A DNA stretch of 64,000 bases, taken from assembly GCF_006345805.1 (NCBI RefSeq), contig NC_043019.1, positions 13,949,360 through 14,013,359 on the forward strand, read 5' to 3'. The notes under the pieces are model-generated. The model was not told the DNA's origin. It saw only the letters and a program-made list of their open reading frames with translations, and ran no database searches. Source of the DNA: Octopus sinensis. Its lineage: Eukaryota. Each line of letters starts with the position of its first letter. Within the stretch, counting starts at the first letter, position 1. This document shows positions 1-12,800 of this stretch, piece after piece. Both the position numbers and the translations under genes were made by a program.

Positions 1-1102
1 GACCGCGAGTCCGCTGCCCTAACCACTGAGCCATTGCGCCTCCATCGATAACATAAGTACTAGTTGAATATTGGGGTCGATATAATCGACTTACCCACCC
101 CACCCCGACAAAATTGCTGGCCTTGTACCAAAATTTGAAGCCAATATATTTCTTCACAAGAAAATCAAACAGGATTTAGTGAAAATAAATAGAATTATTT
201 CGAAAAGAGAACTTGGTCCGTTGTTACATTCTAAATTCGTGATGCAATATAGACGGAATAGCGACGAAGGGATTTCACAGGTTCACACGATGCATTTGAT
301 ATCTAACTCCCTTTTGACCTTTGCTTTGCTAGAACCTTCCCTCGGCTGTTGAGAGATAGAGAGGTGAGGTGAGACAGCTTCGACTGTGACAACAGAGAAG
401 ATTATTAATAAACAAATGAAAGAAAGCTAGTGGTGAGTTGTGACGGAATCAAATGATGGAACAACTGTGCTGTTGTGTTGTGGCTGACCTACACAAGTCT
501 CGGATCACTTCCAGCACTAATGACTCCTTGTCTTCACCGAAATAAATCTTTAGAAGATGACGTGAATAAAGTTGGCGCTTATCAAAGAGGAAATAGCAAC
601 GGCAACTCTAGACAGAGGGCTGGACCTAATAAATAAGTAAGCAAACACCAAACTATTAACAGGTTCAAGGCGAGCAGTGATTTGCCGGCTTTCATAGAGA
701 ATTAACTTCGCGGCGAGGTAGGGCCTGGCCCTGTTGGTTTGATTTCTATGACAAATAGCTGCGGATAAGGTGGAGAGCTGGCAGAAACGTTAGCATGGCG
801 GGCGCAATGATTAGCGGTAGTTTGCCTCTATTTCATGTTTTGAGTTCAAATTCTGCCAAGGTCGACTTTGCTTATAGGTTCAGGAGTGGCCGTGTGGTAA
901 GTAGCTTGTTTACCAACCACACGCTTCCGGGTTCAGTCCCTTTGAGTGGCACATTGGGCAAGTGTCTTCTACTATAGCCTCGGGCCGACCAAAGCCTTGT
1001 GAGTGGATTTGGTAGACGGAAACTGAAAGAAGCCCGTCGTATATAGGTATATATGTGTGTGTGTGTGTGTGTGTGTATGTGTGTGTGTGTATGTGTGTGT
1101 GT

Positions 1103-1139
<37 letters not shown>

Positions 1140-2022
1140 GACAACCGATGCTGGTGTGTTTACGTCCTCGTTACTTAGCGGTTCGGCAAAAGAGACCGAT
1201 AGAATAAGTACTGGGCTTACAAAAAGAATAAGTCCCGGGGTCGAGTTGCTCGATTAAAGGCGGTGCTCCAGCATGGCCGCAGTCAAATGACTGAAACAAG
1301 TAAAAGAGTAAAAGAGTATATATCAATGCTTGCGTTCTTTCACTGGTTTTAGCTAGTGGTGTACGCCCATGCTGGGGCACAACTTTGAAGAGGCTTTAAG
1401 TTTAACCTATTGATTGAAGTGCTTCAGTTTGGCTCATGTTTTAGAGTACACTATTTGTCAACCCGCGTGGCTAAGTGGTTAGGGATGTTGAACTCATGAT
1501 CGTAAGGTTGTGGTTTCGATTCCTGAACCGGGCGATGCGTTGTGTTCTTGAGCAAAACACTTCATTTCACGTTGCTCCAGTCGACTCAGCTGGCAAAAAT
1601 GAGTAATCCTGCGACGGACTGGCGTCCCGTCCAGGAGGAGAATTTCTACGCCACTGAAACCGGGGAACCGGCCCTTATGAGCCTGGCATGGTTCAAAAAG
1701 GAACATTTTAAAAAAATTATTTGTCAACCCGCCAGGTTACGGGACTCATAAAAGGAACGCAGCGTTAAAAATGCCCGTTTGGTAGAAGGGAGAACGTACA
1801 CAAACATGTATAAATGTGTGGGTGTATGTATGTGGGTGTATATAAATGTGTATGTATGTGCGTGTGTAAATAGCACATGGCTCAGTGGTTAGAGCGTCGA
1901 CTGACGATCGTGAGGTTGTGAGTTCGATCTCCGGACCTATTTCTCTTCATGAATTGAAATTTCGAACTATAATCGAACAAATGAAGTCCTAAACATTGAT
2001 ATGTCCTGTTCTATATACAGCA

Positions 2023-2063
<41 letters not shown>

Positions 2064-2226
2064 AATATATATATATATATATATATACAAACGTGAGCGC
2101 GCGCAGAGGCACATGTATTTATGTGTGTATGTTACATATATGCATATACACACATGTATATGTATTTATGTGTTTATATACTTACACACGTATTATACAC
2201 ACACACATCTACATAGATCTATATAT

Positions 2227-2271
<45 letters not shown>

Positions 2272-2291
2272 TATATATATATCTTAGATAA

Positions 2292-2500
2292 TCTTATATA
2301 AAGGCAGATATTCTCTACCTGTTGCCATGTTTCTTTTTAATACAATTCTACAATATAGAATTTCATCAATTGGAATTTACCTATGATTTTTCCAAGTAGA
2401 TTCAATTGGGTCATAGCATAAAAAGTTTTTTCAATCCCCCCCCCCAATTAAGCAAAAATTCGAGAAAACTCAATATTTTACGATTTCCCTTTCTCATGAG
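2292..2500 (+). mobile_element. Helitron-like 5' end (TCTTATATAAAGGCAG...), homologous to 5744-6270
   Basis: a|TC start; ~200 bp closely similar to 5744-5940 and partly to 6075-6210. Confidence 0.6.
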
Positions 2501-2819
2501 CCATTAATACTGGTCATCCTTTTTGCTAGAGGAAGATCCGCTATGATCTTATATGCTACACCACTGGTTTTCAATTCATATTAATCAAATTAATATTCAA
2601 TTTTTCACCCTTATTATGTGTGTGTGTGTGTGTATTAGCAATTCGTATAAAATTGCATCAATGACTTGAACTTGAACAAGTGGTTTCACATAAATGGTGA
2701 TAAATTAAAAAGGTTTGTTGTTATTATTATTACTGTTTGACTATTGTAATCACGTTTGTTGGTTCCTCGTCAGGGAAACGTTGTTGTGTTGCATTTGTTA
2801 AATAATTGTAAACCGTAAC

Positions 2820-3900
2820 CCTCCCCCTTTCGGAGAAGTGGCTGTGTGGTAACAAACTACGTTCGAAGATACTGTACTTGATATGTGCGGTAGTGCCTTG
2901 CCGGTCTATGGCCTACCTTCAACAAACCGGGAAGGCACAAACACTCTGTCTTCACATTTGCTACGTGAGACATGTTTTAATGTTGACGAGCTTGCCGAGT
3001 ACATAGCCGACAATGAGCCAAAGCTCCTTCCAGAACAGCAGTTCGCTTACAACTCCGTTGTTAATTCAGTCCGGGCCAAAGCTGGGGGGGGGGTTCCTGG
3101 ACGCTCCTGGGGGCACTGGGAAAACTTTTGTCAACAAATTAATATTGGCTGAGATTAGGCGAACACAAGGCATTGCCCTAGCTGTGCCATCATCTGGAAT
3201 TGCGGCTACTTTGTTGCCAGGCGGCAGGACAGCTCACTCCACTTTTAAGCTTCCGCTTGACTTAGCGAAGACTGAGACACCAACTTGCAACATCAGTAAC
3301 AGCTCCGATCAGGCAGAAGTCTTCAGACGATGCAAGCTTATCGTTTGGGATGAATGCACGATGGCCCATAGAGGTGCTCTTGAGGCACTAGATAGATCTC
3401 TCAGAGACATCAAACACTCTTCAGCTCCCATGTCAGGCATAACACTTCTTCTTTCAGGGTACTTCCGACAAACACTTCCCGTTATTCCCAAAGGGACTAG
3501 AGCTGATGCAGTAAGTGCGCGTCTTAAGTCATCCACATTGTGGCCACTGATGAAGACTCTCAAACTTCACACCAATATGCGTGCTCTCATATGCGACGTA
3601 ATATCACATCAGCAGCATTTTCTCACACCCTCCTTTCACTTGGAGAAGGCAAAATACCAGGGGATGAAAATGGTAATATTGCCATCGATTCCATTTGTAC
3701 CATTGTTAAAACGCCTTCTGATCTCAGAGATGCAGTGTTCCCAGATCTACAAGCTAATTATCAGAATATAGATTGGATTGACCAAAGGGCTATTCTGGCC
3801 CCGAGGAATAAAACTGTTCACCATATTAATGATGAAATGCAAAAACTCATTCCTGGGGATGTCTATGTATATAAGTCTATCGATACAACTCCTGAGTGTT
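2820..3900 (+). pseudogene. Helitron RepHel PIF1-family helicase fragment (frameshifted, truncated)
   Basis: FLDAPGGTGKTF (Walker A), SSGIAATLLPGGRTAHSTFKLP, LIVWDECTM (Walker B), G(D>Y)FRQTLPV and RAILAPRN motifs, spread over three frames with shifts near the G-run at ~3085 and at ~3590. Confidence 0.9.
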
Positions 3901-4633
3901 GAACCTTAAAGGCCAGCTAAGGAGAATCATATGTGTAACCAACCATGAAGAACAAATCAACAGTATAAAGAAATAAAATATCAATCTCTTTAAAACGGCA
4001 AACACATTAAGGGTACGAGAATCACCATCCCACTACACTTACGTATTCAAAGCACTATGAATACGTAAATAGGCTGTGTGACTACTACTAAATTAAGGTC
4101 ACAACAGAGATATAGAATGTTCTTGAAGCCGAGGATTTTAAATTTACAGAGACAATATTTACATATCACCTGAGGAAACACAACTAGACCTCTTAATGCA
4201 GGGAAATAGTTTCTTAATCAAGTACCTGCACATCTGGAGAACTACGTTGCGTGCAAACAATTGTAGTGATTAAAAAATAAATGTCCAACCGTACCCTTCT
4301 TGTTGACTCCAATTTTTTCAATTATGTATTCACACACGTGAGATGCCCAAATGCAAACCTGGAAATACATATAATACTACTACTAGAAAGCACAGTTTAA
4401 ATGTAAAAGTGAACGAGCGAGCTTTATACTGTATTCTACTATGTTCTTAACAGAATATACTATAATTACATATATACATATATAAGACGGGCTTCTTACG
4501 GTTTACGTCAACCAGATATACTCACAAGTCTTTGGTCGGCCCGAGTCTATGCAGAAGACACTTGCCCAAGGTGTCACGCAATAGTACTGAACCCAGAACC
4601 TTGTGGTTGGGAATACATATATATTTATATATA

Positions 4634-5743
4634 TCTGTATATATATACGGCAAGATGTGTGTGTGTGTGTGTACGTGATTGTAATTTATGCACATCCACA
4701 AATTAGCACGCATGTCGCTCAAATTTTAGGAGGACATTCGTCAACATCCTATCTGGATTTTGTCAACTTATGTTTTTCCCGAGGGCACCGCGGATAGCGG
4801 TAAAAATCTATTTTCAGCCATAACATTTAGCGGTAAAAATCTATTTTCAGCCAATCTTTTGACGGCGATCTAACAAAAAAAAAAAAAAGATAAAGAAAAG
4901 TGGAAGAAGAGAGGCAGAGAGTTTCACGGGGAAAGACAAAGTGAGAGAGGGAGAGAGAGTAAGTGACGACGTTCATAAAATATAAAATGTAAAATTTTTG
5001 TCTTTTCTTAAACACGAGATATAGTGTTCAAATTCAGGATGTTTTTGAAAGACACTATATTTTATAATCATAGTATATATACTTTCTCACACAACAATTA
5101 CACTATATTTATTTTAAATCATTTATTTATATTAAATCGTTCATCTTTCTCCCCCCCCTCTCTCTCACTCACATTACTTTGGGTGCGAAAGAGTTTTGTT
5201 TTTATTTTACGCCGAGTAAAAAAGTGTTTTGTTGACAATCCATTTATTTAACAATAAAGAAACAAAGAAGTGAGTAGCAATTTGTCAGTGAATTGCACAG
5301 TATAAATGGGTACAATTTCCGGGGCTTCCAACCACACCACTCCGATTCACGGACCCACAAAAGGTTTTGTAGCATATTAGTAGTGATTCACGCAAAAGAA
5401 AACGATTATTTCTTAGTGAAAATCGTGCGAGTGTTAATCTACAAATTTAACAACATTTTTCCATTCATTTCTGTTTATGAACATGTATGCATGGACAAAA
5501 CATGCAATAGGTGTACGTACATACATGTGTGTTCGTGTCTGTTGCCCATATATATTTATATTATATTATATTATATTATATTATATTATATTATATTATA
5601 TTATATATATATATAATATAACCAATTTCAACGGATTCTGCCCAAATTTGACGTCGATATTACTTAGTTTGGTTTGAAATAAAGAACTTGATTAGCTTAA
5701 TAATCGTAACTTAATCCCGGGCAAGGCCGGGTTATACTGCTAG
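4634..5743 (+). mobile_element. Non-autonomous Helitron (5' TC ... 3' hairpin + CTAG)
   Basis: a|TCTGTATATATATACGGCAAG start; CCCGG-gcaagg-CCGGG hairpin at 5716-5731 followed by CTAG|t at 5740-5744; the 5' part has an inverted copy at ~36000-36120. Confidence 0.7.
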
Positions 5744-6270
5744 TCTTATGATAAAAGGCAGATTTTCTCTGCCTGTTCCCATGTTCCTTTTAATACAATT
5801 ACAATATAGAATTTCTTCAATTGAATTTACCTATGATTTTTCGAAGTAGATTCGATTGGTCATGGCATATAAAGTTTTTTCAATTTGACCCCCAATTAAG
5901 CAAAATTCGAGAAAACTCAATATTTTACGATTTGCCTCTCTAATTTCAACTGCCTTCACTCCTGCTATTACCATACTTTCTCCTACTTTCTCTTTGCAAG
6001 TGTACCTTAAAAACCCTACAAAAAAAAAAGAGAGCAAACAGAAACAAATAAATACATAACGATTTATTCCTCACACAATTTCTTCAATTGGAATTTACCT
6101 ATGATTTTTCGAAGTACATTCCACTCGGTCATGGCATATATTTCTTTCAATTGACCCCAATTAAGCAAAAATTTGAAAAAATCGATATTTTACGATTTCC
6201 CTCTCTCACTTCAAAGGCTTTACTCCGCCTATTAGCACACTTTCTCTTTACACACATAGACACGCAAACA
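5744..6270 (+). mobile_element. Second Helitron-like element abutting the previous CTAG end, with an internal duplication
   Basis: Starts TCTTATGATAAAAGGCAG (same family as 2292); 5810-5940 is repeated at 6077-6208. Confidence 0.55.
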
Positions 6271-6321
6271 TATACATATATGACAGTGTCAATTGTTGAA
6301 AGAAAATTGTAAGCTAAGAAG

Positions 6322-6354
<33 letters not shown>

Positions 6355-6689
6355 CGTGTGTGTGTGTGTGTGAGTGTGTGTGTGTCTGTGTGTGTGAGAG
6401 TGTGTGTGTGAGTGTGTGTGTAGGAAGTGAAGGATAAAAATATGGCAAGAAGTGGACAGATGTACATATATACATACATACATCCATACATACATAGATG
6501 TGTGTGTGTGTGTGTGTGTATGTGTATTAATGTGTGTGTGTTATCTCTCTATATATAAAGCTGAAGTTGTCTGTGTATGGCAGGTTTGGTAGCCTTCAAC
6601 TAACACTATCTCCTCCGAGACCCCGCTTTCTAGAGCGGCCAAGAATAGAGAAGGGAAGCGGTTCTCTATTCTTGGCCGCTCTAGAAGCC

Positions 6690-7435
6690 CTTCAGCCTTA
6701 AGATTAAATAGCTACAGCCTCTTGTGAATAGCAGTATGTGATTAATGTGGCAAATACCTAATCATATAACAAGGATTGATACCTACCTCATTGTGTTCAA
6801 CCATTGAAAAATTTATCGCCTGTGAATATGAAATTCATCTCCATTTCTCTGGAATTTACATCTACACCATTGGAATTTGTGCATCTATACAAAGGATTAA
6901 TTCACCCTCTCTGTAATGCTAATAAGCAGGAATTGAGACCCACCTCGTTGTAATTAACAATGGATAAATTTGTCTTCTGTGAGTATATAATCCCTCATCA
7001 TATCTATGGAAATGCATATGGATTAGGTCACCCTTCTCTGTGATGCTATCAAAACTTTTTTAAAATTCTGTGATAAGACTGTACATCATCTTTAAAGAAC
7101 TTTAATGAACTTTAGAAATCTGTTTATTTACTTATATCTACATTACTTCATGAGTATAGCCTCAAACACTAGGATGTCTAGAGAACTCACATGTATTTTA
7201 GCTGATGAGTACGGGACTCGTTTATATGCTGTAATCTTTGCAACTTTTAATAAAACCTGTCTTTGTATGAAACGATCGTACTAAAAACCTATCCATTCTT
7301 GTTGCTTCTTTCTCGCTTATAATCACCCCACATTACTGTATTGTTAAAATCAGTATAGTTTTTTTTTGTGCATCTAAGTTAGGTACCATATTCAGTAAAT
7401 TCATTTAAATTAACTTGATCTTTATTGCTCTTTTT
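6690..7435 (+). mobile_element. Penelope-like element (PLE) 3' region/pseudo-LTR carrying a hammerhead ribozyme
   Basis: Contains the HHR at 7196-7286; 7240-7420 is homologous to the fold-back element at 26255-26531; ends in (TA)n. PLE assignment is inferred from the known HHR-PLE association; no RT ORF is seen. Confidence 0.55.
7196..7286 (+). ncRNA. Type I hammerhead ribozyme, canonical core
   Basis: Stem I TTTTAG/CTAAAA; core CTGATGA (7202-7208); stem II GTACGGGAC.../...GTCTTTGTAT; GAAAC (7269-7273); palindromic stem III ACGATCGT; GUA cleavage triplet ending at 7280. Confidence 0.8.
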
Positions 7436-7471
7436 AATATATATATAATTATATATAATATATATATATAG

Positions 7472-7505
<34 letters not shown>

Positions 7506-8916
7506 ATATGTATTATGTATATATACATATTATCTTTAATCTTTTGTTTCAGTTATTAGACTGTGGCCATACTGGGGTACCGCCTTGAATTTTTAGTCGA
7601 ATGAATCGACCCCAGTATTTCATTTTCTTTGTTTAAGAAGTGGTACTTATTCTCTCGGTCTCTTTTGCCGAACCGCTAATTTACGGGGACACAAACACAC
7701 CTACACCAGTTGTAAAGTGGTGGTGAAGGGACAAACACACACACACACACACACATATATGTATACATATATACGACAGGCTTCTTTCAGTTTCCGTCTA
7801 CCAAATCCACTCACAAGGCTTTGGTCGGCCCGAGGCTATAGTAAAAGACACTTGCCCAAGGTACCACGCAGTGGGACTGAACCCGGAACCATGTGGTTGG
7901 GAACCAAGCTTCTTACCACACACACACGCCTTACGCTTGCGTATATCCACTTGTTTGGTACACTCGTCCACCCTCATTTCGTCACTCCGTACTGAGTGCC
8001 ACCCCGTTTACTCAGACATAAATCTCACTAAACACTTTTACCCAATCCTTCTTTCCCTAGATCTCTATGCCTCTGAAAACCGCTGTCTATCTACCTATTT
8101 CCTGAAACTTAACGTCTACCCTCATCACAGAGAGGCCCTGTAAAGGTCGTGAGTACTGCTCTCCTTTCCTGACTAACCCATAAAAAAAAAAGAAAGAAAG
8201 AAAGGAAGAAAGAAAGAAAACAAGACGGTCCGCTTTCGGGGTAAAATTGCACTCGAAAGTGCGAAAGCCCTAATTCTAAACCTGCTATTACTTTTCAGAT
8301 AACTCTAGGAGGTCCCTATTGTGTTAGGTAGTTGTGGGCACATGGAGAGCGCTCGTATCAAAAATGAATGGTAAATGCATTTTGAACCATCCCTAAAAGC
8401 ATTGAATTCTTGGGTCTGTAATCTTGGTTAATGATACTGCAAATGCTGCTAAACCAATTACAATCCCCTCCATCTCCCCCACTCTCTCCCTTTCTCTCAT
8501 AAAAAAATGTATGTGTATACACACACACACACACATACACATACATTTTATTCGTTTGCTTTATGTCAATCATTGGACTGTGGCTACGCTGAAGCACCGC
8601 TTTGAAGGAGTTAGCCAATGGAATTACTTCTGGCTCTTAGTTTAAGTACTTACTTTTATCGAAGACTTTTACCGAACCGCTAAGTTATATAACATGTATG
8701 TACTCATACACTCGCTCACACCTACGCACACGCGCGCGTACACTTCTAGTTTATTTTTTGCTTGTTTCAATCATTGGATTACAGCCGAGCTGGAGCACCG
8801 CTTCGACGGGGTTTAGTCAATGAAATTACTTCGTGTTCTTATTTTAAGTCTAGTACTTACTTCTAGCGATGTCTTTTACCGAACCGCTAAGTTACTCGAG
8901 GCTATAGTAGAAGATA

Positions 8917-9330
8917 AGGCGGCGAGCTGGCAGAAACGTTAGCGCACCGGGCGAAATGCTTAGCGGTATTTCGTCTGCCGTTACGGTCTGAGTTCAAATT
9001 CCGCCGAGGTCGACTTTGCCTTTCATCCTCTCGGGGTCGATAAATAAAGTACCAGTTTCGCACTGGGTCGATGTAATCGACTTAATCCCTTTGTCTGTCC
9101 TTGTTTGTCCCCTCTGTGTTTAGCCCCTTGTGGGTAGTAAAGAAATAGGTATTTCGTCTGCCGTTACGTTCTGAGTTCAAATTCCGCCGAGATCGACTTT
9201 GCCTTTCATCCTCTCGGGGTCGATAAATAAAGTACCAGTTTCGCACTGGGTCGATGTAATCGACTTAATCCCTTTGTCTGTCCTTGTTTGTCCTCTCTGT
9301 GTTTAGCCCCTTGTGGGTAGTAAAGAAATA
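8917..9330 (+). mobile_element. tRNA-derived SINE family B, head-to-tail dimer (183-bp unit) nested in a family A SINE
   Basis: Head GGCGGCGAGCTGGCAGAAACG...GAGTTCAAATTCC; 14-bp TSD TATAGTAGAAGATA at 8903-8916 and 9331-9344. Confidence 0.88.
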
Positions 9331-9931
9331 TATAGTAGAAGATACATACGCAAGATGCCACGCAGTGGGACTGAACCCGGAAGCATGTGGTTGGGAAGCA
9401 AGCTTCTTACCACACATCCGCGCCTCACTCCTGCATATATATACACTCGTTTGGTACACCCGTCCACCCTCATATCCATCCTAATCAAATCAACACATCA
9501 GTCAAACTGTGACACATGCACGCACAAGCACATAAACAACACACACATATGACAGGCTTCCACACAGTTTCCGTCTACCAAAATCATTCATAAATCATTG
9601 GTCTGATAGCGCTAAAGTAGAAGACACTTGCACTAGGGGTGCCGCGCAATAGGATTGAAACCGAAGCCTAGTGGTTGCGAATTTCGTCACCACATTGCAA
9701 GAACTCCACTGAGAATTGAAATTAATTATTTGTTTACAGTTCTTACAAATCCCTTTGCTTCCTCATGTTACCAATAAAGTTTTGATTTATGTAGGTTCTT
9801 CACTTTTTTTTTATTTTTAGTTTTAACCATTTAATTCCGACGCTTTTTTTTGTTTTTTTTTTTTAAGCAGAGAGACCTTCTTGACTCCTTCAACCTTGGC
9901 TAAGCGAAACAACCAAGATGCGAGGGAGAAG

Positions 9932-10620
9932 TAAAGAGAGAGAGAGAGAGAGAAAGAGAGAGATTGGGAGAGAATAGAGAGAGGAGGAAAAAGAAAGCGG
10001 AGGAAAAAGAAAGCGGAGGAAAAAGAGAGAGGAGGAAAGAGAGAGAGAGAAGAGACAGTAAGAGAGGAGGAGGAGACAGACAGAGGAGACAGGGAGAGAG
10101 GACTAGGAGGCAGACAGACAGAGAGAAGAGGAGGAGGCAGACAGAGAGAGAGAGGAGGAGACAGAGAGAAAGGAGAATCCAGAGAGGAGGAGAAGCCAGA
10201 CAGAAGGAGTAGGAGACAGACAGAGGAGAAGACAGACAGAGGAGGAGAAGACAGACAGAGGGAGTAGGAGACAGACAGAGGAGGAGAAGCCAGACAGAGG
10301 GAGTAGGAGACAGACAGAGGAGGAGAAGCCAGACAGAGGGAGTAGGAGACAGACAGAGGAGGAGAAGACAGACAGAGGAGGAGGAGACAAACAGTGGAGG
10401 GAGAGAGGAGAAAGACAGAGAGAGAGGAGGAGACACAGAGAGGAGGAAATACAGAGAAAGGAGAGAGAGGAGGAGGAGACAGAGAGAGGAGAAAGACAGA
10501 GAGAGGAAGAGGAGACAGAGAGAGGAAGAGGAGACAGAGAGAGGAGGAGGAAACAGAGAGAGGAAGAGGAGACAGAGAGAGGAGGGGATGAAACAGTGAG
10601 AGGGGGAGGAGACAAGAGAG
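9932..10620. repeat. Purine-strand (GA/GGA/GACA) low-complexity tract with a ~39-bp higher-order repeat
   Basis: GAGTAGGAGACAGACAGAGGAG recurs at ~10208, 10262, 10301 and 10340. Confidence 0.85.
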
Positions 10621-10868
10621 CTGCTTAAGTAGCCGGTTGGCACCCATTACAGCTGAGTAACGAAGCAATATGAAATGAAGTATCTTGCTCAAGAAGGCAT
10701 AACTTTTTGGGGCTGTAACAGCGAAGCTTCGCCTGTAGTGACGGTACCACTACTAACAAAACTTCGGAGTTACTGTCAATAAACTTATTAACATTTAACT
10801 CTACCTCGCATTAAATCTTCTTCAGTTTTAATTTATATATTTTAGGATCACAAAAATATCCTTTAAAA

Positions 10869-10911
<43 letters not shown>

Positions 10912-12227
10912 TAGCTGTGTGGTAAGTAGCTTGCTTACGAACCATATGGTTCCGGGTTCAGTCCCACTGCGTGGCACATTGGGCAAGTGTCTTCTGCTAT
11001 AGCCTCGGGCCGACCAAAGCCTTGTGAGTGTATTTTATAGACGGAAACTGAAAGAAGCCCGTCGTATATATGTATATATATGTGTGTGTGTATACGTTTG
11101 TGTATCGGTGTTTGTGTGTCTGTGTTTGCACCCCACCCCCCACATCGCTTGACAACCGATGCTGATGTGTTTACATCCCCGTAAGTTAGCGGTTCGGCAA
11201 TATAGAACGATAGAATAAGTACTAGGTTTACAAAGAATAAGTCCTGGGAGTCGATTTGCTCGACTAAAGGCGGTGCTCCAGCATGGCCTTAGTCACATGA
11301 CTGAAACAAATAAAAGAGTATATATACTCTTTTACTCTTTTACTTGTTTCAGTCATTTGACTGCGGCCATGCTGGAGCACCGCCTTTAGTCGAGCAAATC
11401 GACTCCCAGGACTTATTCTTTGTAAACCTAGTACTTATTCTATCATTCTATATTGCCGAACCGCTAACTTACGGGGATGTAAACACATCAGCATCGGTTG
11501 TCAAGCGATGTGGGGAGTGGGGTGCAAACACAGACACACAAACACCGATACACAAACGTATACACACACACATATATATACATATATACGACGGGCTTCT
11601 TTCAGTTTCCATATCTCAAATCCACTCACAAGGCTTTGGTCGGCCCGAGGCTATAGCAGAAGACACTTGCCCAATGTGCCACGCAGTGGGACTGAACCCG
11701 GAACCATGTGGTTGGTTAGCAAGCTACTTACCACACAACCACTCCTGCGCCTATACATATATAGGCAGAAAGGTGGCTGTGTGGTAAGAAGCTTGCTTCC
11801 CAACCACATGGTTCCGGGTACAGTCACACTGCGTGACACTTGCCGAAGGTGCCACGCAGTGGGATTGAACCCGGAACCATGAGGTTTGGGAAGCAAGCTT
11901 CTTACCACACAGCCACACCCTACGCCTGGGTATATAATTTGAGAGAGATTCTGACTGGTGCGTCTGGCATCTTCATGGTTACATGGCGGTGTGTGAGTGA
12001 AAGGAGGGAAAGCGGTAGAGTGGAATAGACGGGAAAGGCATGGGGGGATGGACGGTGGTCGTTCGTTAAGAGACAAAGAAATAAATTAAGATTTAATGTC
12101 TTCTGTCTGTGGATAACATAGTAATTGTCTAATCCCCTGTTCGGGAGACTCTCGTATCTTATGAGTTGCTGCCATTACTGACCACTCCCATCGACAAACA
12201 TCTAACTACGTAATTTCCATAACAATT

Positions 12228-12302
12228 ACCATCATCATCACCACTACCACCACTACCACCACAACCACCACCACCACCACCACAACCATCACCACACCCA
12301 CT

Positions 12303-12333
<31 letters not shown>

Positions 12334-12674
12334 CCACCACCACCACCACCACCACAACCACCACCACCACCATCACCACCACCACTATCATCATCATCGT
12401 CATCATCATCATCACCACCATCAACAACTACAACCAACACTACAACCGACACCGCCACTTCCACCATTAAAACTGTCAGTATGAAGAAACGTTTGTCCCA
12501 CTACCACCATCACCACTACCATCATCACTACCAGTACAGTACCACCACCAACAACAAGAACAACAACAAGAACAACACCAACTGCAACTGTCACTATGAA
12601 GAACAACTTCCCCTTCCCTAGTACCACCCACCACCACCACCACTATCATCATCATCATCATCATCACCACCACC

Positions 12675-12705
<31 letters not shown>

Positions 12706-12722
12706 CCACCACCACCACCACC

Positions 12723-12756
<34 letters not shown>

Positions 12757-12800
12757 TCATCACCACCACCACCACCACCACCACCACCACTATCACTGTT
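12228..12800. repeat. Mixed (CAC)n/(CAT)n trinucleotide tract
   Basis: Direct inspection; source of the poly-His, poly-Gly and poly-Val pseudo-ORFs. Confidence 0.9.

Noticed and set aside
489-625. Possible minus-strand exon near the window start
   Set aside because: Stops in all three frames; splice-like motifs alone are insufficient.
1870-1937. tRNA gene
   Set aside because: Has A and B boxes but no complete acceptor stem; matches the SINE C/D head.
9871-9930. Possible 60-nt exon (poly-T/cag acceptor, gtaaag donor)
   Set aside because: No partner exons or recognisable peptide; cannot be supported from sequence alone.
9823-10692. 289-aa and 247-aa Ser/Leu/Pro-rich ORFs
   Set aside because: Translations of the GA-rich low-complexity tract; open in several frames; no splice or domain support.
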